This document shows, in pieces, positions 1 to 14,167 of a stretch of DNA of 64,000 nt. Both the position numbers and the translations under genes were made by a program. Each line of letters starts with the position of its first letter. The first letter of the stretch is position 1. The notes beneath the pieces are model-generated. The model had not been told where the DNA came from. It ran no database searches and worked only from the letters and a program-made list of their open reading frames with translations. Origin of the DNA: Schmidtea polychroa (Eukaryota); NCBI GenBank assembly GCA_044892525.1, contig CM097885.1, forward strand, positions 52,268,001-52,332,000, in the 5' to 3' direction.

Positions 1-2506
1 CAAGACTCTTCCCATCTTTACATGATATTAAATGAAATAAAAATATGAATATTTCTACAACTGCCAAAACAGAAAATATTAAAAATTTTAAAATAAATTT
101 TTCTAGGATTAATCAAACATTCTTCAATCATATGACACTATGATGATTTTTATTGATCGGTATAGTATTTGATAATGACAATTAAACTGTCGAAATATAT
201 TGCAAAAATATATTTTTTTGAATTGTGTTCTTTTAGTTAAAATATATTTTTCAACTAAATTTTATATTTGGAATCAATGGACAAAATTAGATATAAAAAC
301 ATAAAATTTTAATTGATTCGTTAGGAAATTAAATCAAACATAATTTTACCATTCACTATACTTTGAAACATTCAGTAATAAATATTTTATATAATAATTC
401 CGAAGATATTTACAAAGTCAACATGACTGATAATTTAATTCAGTTTCGGAAACAATAAAATTCTTGAGTGAAATGTCATTATATGTCTTTTTATTATCCA
501 CTCTCAAATCTTTTGATGCATTTGGCATTTCTAGCTTCCAAAATTTATCGAAATTATTGTAAATATTTAGGCAAAATATTTCAATCTACAAGCACAAATA
601 ACACATATTTGTTGGGTTCATTTTGTCAAGTACCCTATGTAACAGAAATTTATCATAGAAAATATTGGAAAGAAAATTTGTAAATTTTTGAATTATTTTT
701 ACATAAATGTTTAAATATACTTTTTGACATATGAAGTTATTCAAAGAAATGTAAAGATAAAATTCAAATTCAAAATTAAAGGATTTTCAGAGCAAACTAA
801 ATTAAAAAATCAAAAATATTTTTCAATAAGATAAAAAGAAACTTATAAAAATTGAAAATATGGATGTGAAAAATCAATGCCAACACCACAGAAAGTAATT
901 TCAAAAGTACAAACTAATTAATTAATTAATTCAAATTTGATTGGCTGCATTAATCAGCTGTTTAAAATAATAAAATTACAGAGTTTGACTGGAAATATTG
1001 CAGTCTGTCAAGCTAAAGTAAGGTAGTAAAATTTATATTGTAAAAATGGGAAATGATTTTTGATCTAGTTTGCAAAACGAAATTGATTAATGTTAATGCA
1101 ATGTATAAAAGCCGAGAATGGCTTAATACAATTTTCTTGTTGTGATCAGCAGAGAAGACCTTATTAGTGTTCAAAAGTTGAAGATCTTCGAGTAATTGAT
1201 AACTTATGACTTATCTTAAATATCATTTACTAAGAAAAATAGTTTATCCTTGGTAGATTTATGTAACATGTGAATACACTTTTAATGGGAAAATCAGACA
1301 TTTATTGTCATATCAAGAATGCACGGCGCCAGATTAGAAATGTATTCCTACGGATTATCCGTAAATGCCTACAAAGCAAATTGTTTAAAATATAAAATAA
1401 TAAAATATATTACTATTTCCGTATAGAATGACTTATATTTTATTATAAATTAAGAAGCTGGAATTGTATTTTTTTATTATTACAAAAAATGACATTGAAG
1501 CGTAAGTGAATATTTAACAGGTTTAGAATTACTCAGTTTTACACTCGAAACGTTTATTTTTGAGCTAATTTGCCTTTACAGAATCTTTGATTTTATTCAT
1601 GCTTGTTGTTTCAAAAATGTAACAAAATGAGATTTTTCCCATATAATGCCCCCAGATATATCTTGTAACTATTTCATTTTTAGTTTCTATTATACACTTG
1701 ATATGAAATATTAAAGGTGGGAATAAAATAATAATTCTGGAATCTAGATTCAAATGATAAATATTGACACTGCACAATATCAGCAAAGCTTTCTACAAGA
1801 GGACCTCTAGACATTTCCCTGAATATACTTCAAATAACTCTCAAGTGTATATTAAATCATTCTATAAAAATAGGAATTACTCTTAGAATTTTAATTGCTT
1901 CAATAAGCATGACGAATTCATTTATAAATGAAAAAAAATAAAAAGTCTATATAAAATACCTAAATAAAAAAATATTAATTATAGGAAACTATTTATGGGG
2001 ATATTTAAAAGGGATTTCACTAACAATTTCGTAGAAAATAATTATACTTAGACTACAAATCCAGACAATTATAAAATAGTATTATTAAAATCAATAGCAA
2101 TTATATTAAAATTATTATTACTAGTAATTATTTAGAAATATTTTTTTTAAAATAAATAATTATTACAAGAGAGGAAAAATCAAAATCACCTTTTATAAAA
2201 TATTTTCACTCAAGAATTTTTAAATGTTTCATCTTCTTTTATTTCAGAAAAATAATTTTAAAGTCCCAATCAATTATCAAAGCTTATCAAAAGTCTTCAA
2301 TTTAAAATAACAGTCTTACTTTATATTATTATGTCATTTACAAATATCAAATTGTTTTCTGTGGTACATTTTTTTAACCCTTAAGTGCACGACTTTTCTA
2401 AATTCAAAAATAAAAATATTTTCAAAATGTCAATATCACGCGTAAAGAGACATCTATTAAAATAATTTGAAAACACAGTAGCTCGACGTTTTGTTACACT
2501 TCTGCA

Positions 2507-3525
2507 TAGAGGCGTAACTAGGGTATGACAGGTATGACACGTGCCTTGGGCGCCAACTGAAGTGGGCGTAAAAAAGCGCCTAACATATAAATATGCAAAT
2601 GAAAATAAAAAAATGTTTTAATAGATATAAATATGTGTATTAAAAAACTACGTAGGAAAAAGCACGTATTCGCTTTTCGTTTGTTTGTCCATGTTCTCTA
2701 TGCCTCTAGCTCTCTTTCTCTCTATAAATGTGATTTTGTATTTGAAAAAAATAAATGCAGAGTAGTAGCGTGTGTTGTGTTCTGTGCTAAGCCGTCCGGA
2801 ATACGGGAAATCCCCGTCACGTAGCACGTGCATCGGTATTCTAACGTAGGTACGATAAATGAGAATCGGTCTCTTTGCAGTCTGTTGCTCAATTCAAAAT
2901 TCGTTTGCATTTGATTTTCGTTTATACATAGTTGATAGTTTTTGGATCCTGAATAATATCTAAATGACGTTTTAAACGACAAATTTGTTGAGTGTTAAAG
3001 TGGCCAGTGTTTTTTCATAAATCTAAGAGATATTAAGAGATATATTTTTATATTTTTTAAGTAGTTAAAATTGCTTTTAAATTTAAATTCTATTCTACTA
3101 AGAGGGAACATTAATAAAAATGTTAATTTCTTTACTATTGAAATGATGTACTTCTTGAATAATTTTATTCATATGTTTATAAAATTTTATTTCGTGAATT
3201 TTTAAAAATGGCTGTTTAAAACAATAATTTAAATTCCAAATTATAAATTATTGTTTTCTTTTTTTATACTTTAGAAATTAGTACCTGAGAATTCAGAACC
3301 ATGAAACGTTCATTTGAGAAGAAGAAAGAAAGTGGCGCTGTAGGTCGAAAAAGACGCTTGTTAGAGGCAAAAGAAGTAGATAAAAGAAGCAAAACTTTAA
3401 TGCGTTTTTTTAAAAAATGAAGTACAAACACGATTTCTTCAGAATGTCCTGAAAGTTCTGCAAATTCTAAAGAATTGAAAGATGCTGGGCCAAATTCAAC
3501 TGAAAAAGAATTTGATACGATATGA
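2507..3525 (+). mobile_element. 5' remnant of a hAT (Tip100/ZMYM1-like) DNA transposon
   Basis: GC-rich terminus (T)AGAGGCGTAACTAGGG...GGGCGCC. ATG at 3301 gives MKRSFEKKKESGAVGRKRRLLEAKE...LMRFFKK, the basic SGAxxRKR N-terminus typical of these transposases, followed by a frameshift and stops. No right end found. Confidence 0.5.
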
Positions 3526-4228
3526 GTTGATATGAGTTATCATCCAAAACTAACAATTCTAATATCTCAGCAAAAAGCATTATCATTTAAAATTACATAA
3601 AAATAAAAAAAAATTTGAAGGTTAAAGGTTATAATGTTAAAAATACCATTGTTATTTAATGTTTATTCATAAAAATTTATTCATGAATTTCGGAGGCAGG
3701 TTGTAACAAACACAAGAAATGTCAATGTTTCACCTGTCATATTTGTGGTGGAAATAATTACAGTGTCTCATGACACATTCAACTTCATGTGTAGAACAAA
3801 TAAAAAAAATCAAAATCAAATATAAATACTAAGCTAAAATATAAATTTGGAAATGTTAATAAATATTATAAATAATTTTTTTTTACTTTAATAATATGCA
3901 AAAATAAAGAAAAAATTTGAACAGATAAATAACAAATTGGCATGAAAAATATTTTTATTAAGAAAGTTATTATCATATTTACCACGCATAATTAATTTAA
4001 TTTGTTTATCGGACCGATTCAAGTAGGAAATAAATTTTCTAATTTTAGGATAAATATTTCTACTTCAAGACATTTTTTTTGAAATAAAAACTCTGTTTGG
4101 AAAACTAATCAATTATTTGTCTCAGACTTTTTATTTGTCAAATTAACAGTATCAACAAATCATGAAAAATTATAACAATAAATTTCTATTTATTGATAAT
4201 TTAAATAAAATACTTCAAAATACATTAA

Positions 4229-4683
4229 CCTTTTCGCGAAATGCCTCAAAATATTCAAAATATCTGAAACCTTTAAAAGAATTATTTTAAGCTCCAAAAT
4301 TCATTATTTTAATTTTTTACTTCTAATGGAAAATATTCCAACAAAACAAGCAAACATTCAAATGGGATATTTCACCTTAGTGTTGATTGTTGATTAAATG
4401 AGAATTGCGATTTGCCTATAAGACGGACAGTTTCCTATAAACTTCGATAGTTATCAAGTATGCAAATGTTAAATAAGAACAACTACTGCCCGATTCATGC
4501 ATGAAAAATAAAATAACAGACAAGTTTGAACTTGCCTATAAACACAAATAAACATATCTAACACATAAAAAGGAAGCTTTCGGCATTCGTCACTTAAATA
4601 TCATGAAATCGGATAAATACGGTCTTCAATTATTTGTCACGATTTTATTTTCACGGGAAGATACGGTCTTCGGCGCGAAAAGA
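4229..4683. mobile_element. piggyBac-type non-autonomous element (MITE)
   Basis: TTAA|CCTTTTCGCG at left and CGCGAAAAGA|TTTA at right: imperfect 10-bp TIR with TTAA-like TSD. A similar left end occurs near 14891. Confidence 0.5.
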
Positions 4684-5416
4684 TTTATAAGTTATTAAAC
4701 GGCAACTATTATTGTTAACAAAAAGACAAATTGACAACTATAATTTACTTTAAAAATTGTAAGAAATTTAAATAATGTATTTTAAAAGAGGCAATTTAAA
4801 ATAAAATATTTTAAAAATTATAATAAGATTTTACTGACTATTTTTAGAAATGATTTTTTTGAGAAAACTAAATTTATTTTTATTTCCATTTATGATTTGT
4901 GAAATAAATGTTAACCAATCTAGTCATATTTTACAGCAGTTAATGAAGAAAAGTGGGTAACTGCATCTAACAATGGCCAGAAGACTTAAATTTAATAATC
5001 ATAAAATTTATTTTTCAAAATATCTTTTTCTAATTTTTGATAGATCGATTCTAGACAGGAATTATTTATGATTTTATTCAATTATTAATAATTGAAAATA
5101 ATTGTAAAAATCCACTAAAATGATTTAGAAATTTTAAAAATGGTAAGGCATTATGTATAAAAGGTTAAAAACTTCTGATCTAAAAATTATTTTTGTTGGC
5201 TAAAATCTCTTTTCAATTTTCATATTAAACATAATCTTTTAAAACCAGTGTCATAACTACTAACTGGGCAAATAAAAATCAACATTTTGTTTATAATTTG
5301 TAAAGGTTTCATTTATGTTTTAATAGAACTCTCGTACTAGATACCTTACACTTCGAAATGTTTCTTAATTGACAGTATATAGTTTTATGTTAATTTTTTA
5401 AAATACAAATAAAGGC

Positions 5417-5419
<3 letters not shown>

Positions 5420-5488
<69 letters not shown>
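5420..5488. repeat. (TA)n microsatellite
   Basis: Uninterrupted TA run. Confidence 0.97.
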
Positions 5489-5494
<6 letters not shown>

Positions 5495-6779
5495 TATATA
5501 TAATCTATATATTATTGATATATAATTTATATTATATATAGCATGAGTTTATCCGACAAAGTATTTTGTCCCTCTATGGGTAATTGAGAGGGTGGCTTTA
5601 AGATGATATAGCTCAAATAAATAAAAATCGCTTTAAAAAATATCACATTTTATTTAATTATTTATTTTACTATCGTATCTATATTTTCAGAAAAATTATT
5701 AGTTGAATCTTTGATGTATTGCTCTAATCTCTAGTTAATCATTTTTTTCAATTCTTCAAACCCATGAGACATTTTAACTCAAAGTGATATTTAAAAATTT
5801 AAAAATCCATGCTATAAAATCCAACATTTTGTTTAAATAATTTCAAAATTTATTTAAAAATACAAAGCTTTCAATTAACAAAATATTAACTATTACAAAT
5901 TTAAACAAACAGCACAAATAAACACTGCCTTTTGATTTAATGAATTGCTTAATTATTATATTTTAAGTAAAATGTTTTATTGTTAATGTTGATTTTAACA
6001 AAATTTTGACAACTGTTTCGGAAAATTAATATAGAAAATTTGGTTTACAAAACATATAGAAATCTTTTCCTGAAGTGCTTTTTCCATTCTTCACTACATT
6101 AATCTCCAATTATTTATCAATTTCTAATTCTTGATAAATAATTTGTTTAAATTCATTGTTTATTTTAAAATATTTATGTTTTAAGTTTAAAAAGTAGAAT
6201 TATTTGAAATGTTTGTAAATATTTAAATTAAATTGACCACTGTAACAATTTCGATTTTATATAATATTTATGAAGAAATCTTTTTTCAGAGTAAACACAT
6301 TAAAAATCCATTAAACAAAAACTAGTACAAAATTCTTGCAAAATAAATTAGAAAGCTGATTTGTGAAAAATAAATGAAAATATAAGGGTTCTCAATCTGC
6401 GTGTTTGAAATCTTTCCATTTCATTAAAATTACAAATTAATAAATATGATTGAAATTTGAATTTATTGTTTTTCAGTTTGAGAAATAATATTAAAACAAA
6501 TTTAAAAAAATCAATTAATGGTGAAAATGTTAGATTTGTTTATTTATTGCAATGGGTTTGTTTGAACCAAAAACACTACTCATTTTGTTGATGGAAGCTG
6601 TTGTAGTGCTTCTGACTTTCAACTTAAAAAATATATCGATTTAATAATTAAATTTAAAATAAATTATTGAATTAATTAAATAAAAATGATTGTTTAAATA
6701 TTCAAAAACAATTCTTTAATTCATCCGTGCTTCTTCCGAACACCATCGCTGTTAATTCTCATTAAAATCTTTTAAAAAA

Positions 6780-7096
6780 ATGTCAAACACTCGAGAAGCT
6801 GAAACCATTGATTTCCAAGCTGAGATCTCTCAATTGATTAGCTTGATCATCAAAAGATTTTATTCAAACAAAGTAATCTTCATTTGAGGATTGATTTCCA
6901 ATGCTAGTGATGCCCTTGATCAAGTTCGTTACAAGAGCTTGCCTGACCCACCAGTCTCGGATAGCCAAAAAGAGTTAATTATTAAAATTATTCCAGATAT
7001 CTCGGTACAATCGCCAGATTAGGTACCAAAGTTCTCATGGAAGCCTTGACTGCTGGACCAGATATTTCTATGATCGGTCAATTTGGTGTCGCTTCC
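6780..7096 (+). pseudogene. hsp90: Hsp90 N-terminal processed pseudogene fragment
   Basis: Translates [56 protein letters not shown]...IKIIPD, then after a frameshifting deletion [30 protein letters not shown]. In-frame TGA at 6885. The DTGIGMT segment is missing. Confidence 0.95.
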
Positions 7097-7292
7097 AATA
7101 AATATATTGTACAAATTAGTTTTATATTCATACAGCTTTTAGTAAAACAATTGCAAAATTATTAGGACAAGTCCTCTCAATTTTAGATTAGAGAAAGATG
7201 ATATTTCATAAACGATTCTGATAAATATATGATTTGGTCATATATAAAATATCCTTTTAAGAAGAATATAAACATTGATAATTCATAAGAAC

Positions 7293-7490
7293 TTTTTTTC
7301 CAATTTCACCACTGATTATTTTTTCCATTGAATTTATTAAAAAGAGAGCCTGAAGACTATAAATCAGTAATATATCGATGTATTTTGATACTCACGAAAA
7401 TGGCAGTGCAGAAAATTCGTGAGTATCAAAAAACATCGATATATTAATGCTTTTTAGTCTTGAGGCTCTCTTTTTAATAAATTCATTGAT
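7293..7490. mobile_element. Inverted-repeat remnant, probably a Penelope-like pLTR fragment (family A, copy 1)
   Basis: ~70-bp arms (about 7330-7398 and 7416-7485) around GGCAGTGCAGAAAA. Homologous to 16238-16455. Confidence 0.6.
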
Positions 7491-7807
7491 AATTCAATTT
7501 AGAGATAGTTTCACGTTAAGAAATTTCCAAGTATTATATTGAAGGAAATAGAAAGATCATTTTCTATATTCAAATATGTATTGAGACATATGAAATAAAC
7601 TAACATAAAACAATTTGATGATGGTTTCTGAGCTTTAAAAGCTTTGAATTTAATAATTTACCTTTTAGCAATTATACAACACAAAGATTAAACAAATATT
7701 AAATATTTTGAAATATTACATTTAAAATTTAAACAGATTAAAAACGAAATACTTGCCCAAATTGGAAAAAAGCATTATATAGCTATTGAAAACTTTCCTA
7801 TTTTTTA

Positions 7808-8015
7808 CCCATTACCTCCCACTGTACTCACATGGGTACACTTGTTAAAGGCGTGATTTCGTGTTTTTCTATAATGATTATCGTGGAAGTATTGACCCAT
7901 TTCAACAATAGATCGCACTAGTAGTCTACGAAAAAATTCAATATGGCGGCAACGGAATGATGACCATCAATAATGTCAGTTTGTTTGTAAATATTACCTT
8001 TCGGGTGTTAATGGG
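7808..8015. mobile_element. Small piggyBac-type MITE
   Basis: TTTA|CCCATTACCTCCC ... GGGTGTTAATGGG|TTAA: imperfect 13-bp TIR with CCC/GGG ends. Confidence 0.5.
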
Positions 8016-8559
8016 TTAATAAAATAGAAATGTTTATTAAATGATTGAAAATGATAAATAAATTTACAAATAATCAAAATACTATAAATCTGGTAATAAT
8101 TGTATCTCACGAAATAAATAAAAGCAGGAAAAATATAATACATTACAAATAAATAATGTTGATCAGTTTGCGCCCGTGGCTCTCACATAATTTAGTGGTC
8201 TGGAGAGTTGAGTCAAATTTTGGGTGAATTTTCCAAGAACTATCAATAATTATATGAATCTTTTAAAAGAATATTTAAAGAAATTAATAATAAAAATTTA
8301 TAAAATAACTAAATTTAAAAAAAATTGATAAAATTAAAAAATAAAAATAAAAGTTAAATCACCATAACTTAAAATTTGGGATTTTGTTTAAATATTATAA
8401 TAAAAATATTTCCTATTTTTTGACATTACTGGAATTACTTTGTCCTTTGTTGGAAAATGATTAATTATAAGGAAATATTCTATTCAAAGCTAATAAATGG
8501 AAACAATTTAGAAGATTCATCAGAAATTACACAGTTGTTTGAAATATATGGGAGTCATT

Positions 8560-8815
8560 TGAACGAGCCAATATCAAGATATTGATACTAAATGCATATT
8601 TTGTACAAATGATGAAGTAAGAGTATATAAATGTTCTGACTGTGCTGGAATCTTTTGCATACGATGTCGAATTTTGCACAACATTGTGCAAGAACTGACA
8701 CAAGAGACATTGTCAAATATATAAATAACAAACTAGTTAAAGGTCCGATTCACAAGGAGTCGAATATCGACTAGTTTTGTTTCAGTGCTCTCCAAAACCT
8801 AATGTGACACCGAAG
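8560..8815 (+). pseudogene. TRIM-type B-box zinc-finger pseudogene fragment
   Basis: From 8593: CIFCTNDEVRVYKCSDCAGIFCIRCRILH (B-box1 spacing), then a frameshifted GPIHKESNID*FCF (decayed B-box2). Stops are present. Confidence 0.7.
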
Positions 8816-9011
8816 GTGATGCTAAACCGAAGCTTATAAAGATTTAATCATTTCCGAATCGTTCTCCGGCCATGAATGAGATCAATACAACAATTAAATC
8901 AAGGTAAGATTGCATTAAAATGTCGTTGAATTTAATTAAAAGATTTAGTCATCAAAATCATAATGGTGTCGGGCGCTTAGTCACGGGATTGATATGTTAA
9001 AACTTACCAAA

Positions 9012-9293
9012 TCTCTCTATATATAAAAAAGCTAAGGGTCCCCTCCATCCGAATTTTACTTTTTTTTGTACATTTTTTTTAAAATTTTTTGTTTATTTAT
9101 TTATTTATTTATATATTTTTTATATATATTAGTTAGAAACGGTTTATGCTATTATCTTTTATCATAGTTATGTAAACATATTAATAAACTGAATCTTACT
9201 CCTGTCCAAGAATACCCTAGATATTAACTTTAACATTAATCCCACGTTCTAACGGGGTTGGTGAAGCGAAGCGGACAGGGGCAGAGCCCCTAG
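9012..9293 (+). mobile_element. Non-autonomous Helitron (282 bp)
   Basis: A|TCTCTCTATATATAAAA 5' end; 3' end GCGAAGCGGACAGGGGCAGAGCCCCTAG|T with a GGGGC/GCCCC hairpin. Inserted between A and T with no TSD. Confidence 0.8.
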
Positions 9294-11094
9294 TAATAAT
9301 AAAAATAATACATTATAAAAAATAAGCACTAACGAATAAATATAAATTTATGAAATAATGAAAAATAAAATATTGATTAAAATACTAGTAATAATATTAA
9401 TAATATTAATATTTCAATGAAAAATCTTTGTTTATATTTTAATTCCCAATGTACGAGACGGTTTTATAATATTTCGCTTTATCATATATAAATGGTAATA
9501 AAATTATATAGGTTACCTTCAACATTTAATATTTAATATTTTAAGGATTCTCAAAAATATTTATTAAAATATTTTAATGTGGTTTTTAATTTTGATTTAT
9601 GGATTTTTAGATCATTTTAGTTTGTGGATAATCAAAATTCTTCCAAGAAGAATTAAGCTTTTATATATTTTTCCAGGGTATTTCAATTACTTTAATTTTT
9701 AAAAAATAAAAATTTCTTTGAAATATTATCTACATAAATTTTATTGATAGAATATGCCTAAAGAAAAATAATTCCTTTAATGAAATCATTATTATAATAA
9801 AACATTATTGGAGATTTATATTTTCTTGATATAAAATAAAGATTTAAAATTTCCCAGTAATATTGACATTCAAATAATAGTTTTTGAAACATATCAATAA
9901 AATGAAATGGTCAGTTTTCCCTCTTTTATATATTTCTCTAAATAGTATTGTTTATAATATATTTTATATATAACTTAAGAGAGCGCAATTATTGTCAGAA
10001 ATTAATAGAAAATTTTTTTATCGGTGAGTGACTTTGTTTCAGTTTTCAGTTATTTTAAATTTTACAAAGAAAACATAAATAACTTTTTTTACATTTTGTA
10101 GTTCTTAATTAAAATTAATATTAATGATAATATTTCTTTTCAATTTAATACAGCTAGAAGTAAAATTTTCTTTTCCTATGTAAACTAAATTTTCAAAACT
10201 GCATTTATCAAGTAGGAAAATGAAAATATTTTTGATCTATAATTGTATTGAAAATAAATGAATTTTTTAAAGAAAACAAATCAAACGTAAACAAAAAAAT
10301 TAATTAAAATAATTTAAAAAGTCTTTAATTTAATTTAAAATTTAAAATTTTATAAATTTTTCTATTTTAAGAATTATTTGAATTATTGTTATTTAAGGCA
10401 GTTGTTAGTATTCGATAAAATTAAATTATTACTTTTTAGACTAAATATACTATTAACAAAAAATATTTCGTATTTTAAAATGTTCAGTTTTTTTCCATTT
10501 CCAAATTTAAATGGTTTTCTAAAGGATATTCACTGAATTTCATTTCAAAATCTTTTAAGAATTAGTTTAACTAAAGTAATATATGTTTTATAAGATAAAG
10601 AATTGTAACATTCTTTAAATTTGAAATAAAATTAATAAAGTCTTACCACAAAATATATTGTATTGTCCTAACAAGTATAAAAATTTTAAAAATTCCTTTC
10701 CAACAAAGTATTTAAATTCAAAAAGATTTGATAATAAATACATATTTAAAATTGATTGGTTAATGCTGTTTTTATATTAGCCAATCAAATCATTGTTTGG
10801 AAATTCCACAATTATGTAAAATCATAATTTACTTATTTTATTTTTAAAAACTTTCCTAAATTTGGCTGTTATTTCTAAATTAAATTTTGATCACATAATT
10901 TATTTTGGTATAAGTTTCAATTATTTACTGAAATTGTGGTAAACAAGCTTAACAGGGTTAAGGGTATATCAATAAATCATGTTGCTTCATTTTCAATTTT
11001 TAAACTGTATCTGAATTTTATTATACTTTCAAATAAAAGATTTCTATAAATTTAAATAAGGAAACTTTTGACCATTGTTATCAGGACAATTTAA

Positions 11095-11096
<2 letters not shown>

Positions 11097-11137
<41 letters not shown>
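11097..11137. repeat. (ATT)n microsatellite
   Basis: Direct read. Confidence 0.95.
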
Positions 11138-11138
<1 letters not shown>

Positions 11139-11929
11139 AAAATAACCAGTTGAGCAATCTAAATTATAGGATTTTTACTAGTGTAAGTAAAGTATAAAAT
11201 ATTTTTATTAATATGAAATGTTGTTGAGATATTGTTTATTAATACAAATATAATAAGTGGAACGCCACATGTATTGGAAAGATTCCCCATCATATTTTAG
11301 TTTTGGAACCTAGCCGAACGAAGTAATTGACAATAGTTCCGAACCCAAAAAGAGTTGTATGAGTAAAATAGATTTCAAATTGTATTAAAAGCTTTTAAAG
11401 TTATTAGTAAAGAGTGCTATGTAAAGTTTTGTCATTAAGATCAATGGATTCGAAAATTAATATGTAAAATTCTACGTGCTTTAAATTTTTAAAAATATTT
11501 AATATGTGAAATTGATGTTACGTAGATTGCTATTGTTTTAAAATGATAATTTCAAATATGTATGTTAAATTATCTTTAAAAAAGGAAGATCTGATTTATT
11601 ATTAAATGCTAATTAAAAGAATTTTTATTATTAATGTTTTTTACATAATTATTTGTTTGAATAGCCTATTTTATCCATAATAATATAAAAAAATGTTGGT
11701 CTTTTGTAGCGCTATAATTTAAAAGAAAATTATATTATAATTATCTTTTGATGATTTAATGATTTTCATATTAATATTTGTTTAAATATATTTTAATGTT
11801 TAGATACTAGATATTTTGAAATTTAAATATGAAATTTAAAATAAAAAACCTCAAAATATTCAAAATATCTGAAACCTTTAAAAGAATTATTTTAAGCTCC
11901 AAAATTCATTATTTTAATTTTTTACTTCT

Positions 11930-13950
11930 AATGGAAAATATTCCAACAAAACAAGCAAACATTCAAATGGGATATTTCACCTTAGTGTTGATTGTTGATT
12001 AAATGAGAATTTCTTAATATTGTTTCATCTGTGTTTTTTATTCATATATTTGTTCCCTTTGTTAGTTGACATCTTTGAAGGTGTTTTTATATCAATGACC
12101 TTTTATCAGTAACCATGTGTTCTTTAACTATTTCATGTAAGGTTCTGAAGGTGCTTCCAATGTTAATTTCTTAGCATACATTACACACAAGACCTTTATT
12201 TTTCTTTGACAAAGCTTGTTTTATTTTCAAAAATTGGTGCACTTTACGAATAAAGAAGGCTAATGAGTTTAACTTCTTTGAAGTCAAAGTTGTCACTAAT
12301 GAAGGATAGTAAAAGTTTTTATTTTTTTTATTTTTCCTCTCAGAGTAGAGTTCCGTATTTCAATGTATGTATTGATTTATTTGTTTTTTATATAGAATTT
12401 ATTTTAATATTTCTGTCCTTTGAATACCTTTTGTGTGCAGAAATTGCCTTAAAGGTGGTTTGTAAGATATTTATAAATTGGAGTATACCTTTCCATTTTG
12501 TTAAAATCAAGCAACTTGAGGAAATCCGTCTTCTTACGATTTTTCAACTTAATATATTATTATGTTGCATTAAATATATGAAATATTATTTCATTTTCAG
12601 ACATACTATAGATATATTATAGACATATCATAGACATATTTTTGACATTTCTTTAGATTTATTCTTGTGGCGAATTCTTTTTATACATTTTTTTTGCTTC
12701 TATAGTATTTGAAGACATAAGACTGATTTATTTGAATGTAGCTATATCTCTGAAATGCTTGTAGGAAATTTTAAAATAACAACTTTCTTCGTTTTTCACT
12801 TGGTGAGTAGACATGATTTAGTTTTAAGCTATTTTCAAGTGATTGGAATTTTTTTATATGAATTTGAATGATATAGCTCTCTTCTTTAGTTTTTCAATTG
12901 TGGTAAATCGCTATTCTGTTTTGTGGAAATCGGAAGCTATACCTAGACATTAGTATCAGAGATATGTCATATTATTGGATTGCCATATTAGACACCAAAG
13001 AACAATTATGAAATCAAACTTGGTTTGTCATAAATTTTCTTTATTATTGTATACTCTTTCTGTTAACGCAATTCTTGTTGAAAAAAATATCTTTTACTTC
13101 TCTCCCGATAATATTCACTTATAGATATATTATATATCTATTGTCACTTTAAGTTGTCCAATAATAGAACTTTTTACCCATACTTAAATTTATTCCAAAT
13201 AATGGGAAAATTGGCAAAATTCCATAAAATGACGTGAAACATTCCTATAACAAGGAGTTTAGTTATTATGAATTTCTGATTAAAAATTAAGTAGGAAAAC
13301 CAATATGTCAAGCAATGTATTATTTCTGATTTTATATTATTTTCCTGTTTTATGAATTTGTTTACATTTTTCATTTCTAATTCAAAACTCGATTTCCTTG
13401 AGTAAATAAACTTGAATAATTAATGTGAATATTATCCAGTTAAACAAATAATTCTTATTATTAGACAATGAAAATTATCCATACAATTGAGCTTCTATTA
13501 CGTTCCATTTTAAAGTTACATTTTGTTTTAAATGGTCAATATATATATATATATATACAAACTGTGCAAAATATTTTATCAGTAGAATAATGATATTTAA
13601 AGATTTCTCATTAGTTAGAAGTTTCAACATTTTTTACCTTTTCTTATAAAATAATAATATACACAAAATTTATTACACACGCTTTTAGAGAATTTATACT
13701 AATGTATACTTTCTTGTTTTTTTTCGAACAAGACAATAATTTATTGTTTCCCAGTTGGTAATTATCGGCAATGATTGACAATTTATTAATTTTTCTACAT
13801 CATATGCAGATCTACATAAAGAGATTCTTGATATTAATCTTGTTATTTTATTGTTATTTTATTGAAACTTTGCACTGAAGAAAAATAACCTTTTCTTGTT
13901 GGCTCGTGTTAACCTATTGTTGACTTTATTTGAAAATTTGAGAATCTGTT
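11930..13950 (-). mobile_element. Heavily decayed Penelope-like retroelement (RT + GIY-YIG endonuclease)
   Basis: Minus strand ~12190-12015 reads CNVC*EINIGSTFRTLHEIVKEHMVTDKRSLI*KHLQRC...TDETILR (GIY-YIG YIGxT..R...R..EH pattern). Upstream, in the expected order, are RT-like relics: IIIL.TDK (~13580), VTIDI*YIY (~13140), GV..GNPI (~12985), FH....RFT.IE.....ISF (~12900). Many stops and frameshifts; the 5' limit is approximate. Confidence 0.72.
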
Positions 13951-14167
13951 CTTGATTTTATTTTCAATGCTCACCGCAAAATCTATTGTTATTTTAGAAT
14001 TTTATTTTAAGAATTGCCACTGCTAATTTTCAGTTCTTATGTATTCTGAAGAAATTCTATTATAAAATATGAAGGATATATATAATATCCTCTTAGTGAT
14101 GCTGAGTTTGGTATTTGTCCGATGAATTTAGAAAGAGGATGTGACTTATTTGACGGTTCCTCTCCAC

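Noticed and set aside
400..1800. Possible minus-strand exons (e.g. ~413-587 after TTGTAG)
   Set aside because: Short open frames with plausible splice sites, but no recognisable product and no consistent gene model.
6720..6760. Heat-shock element upstream of the hsp90 relic
   Set aside because: The TTC/GAA spacing does not match alternating nGAAn units.
12860..12960. Gypsy RNase H reading of FHKTE*RFTTIEK
   Set aside because: The surrounding motif order and the downstream GIY-YIG fit a Penelope RT better.
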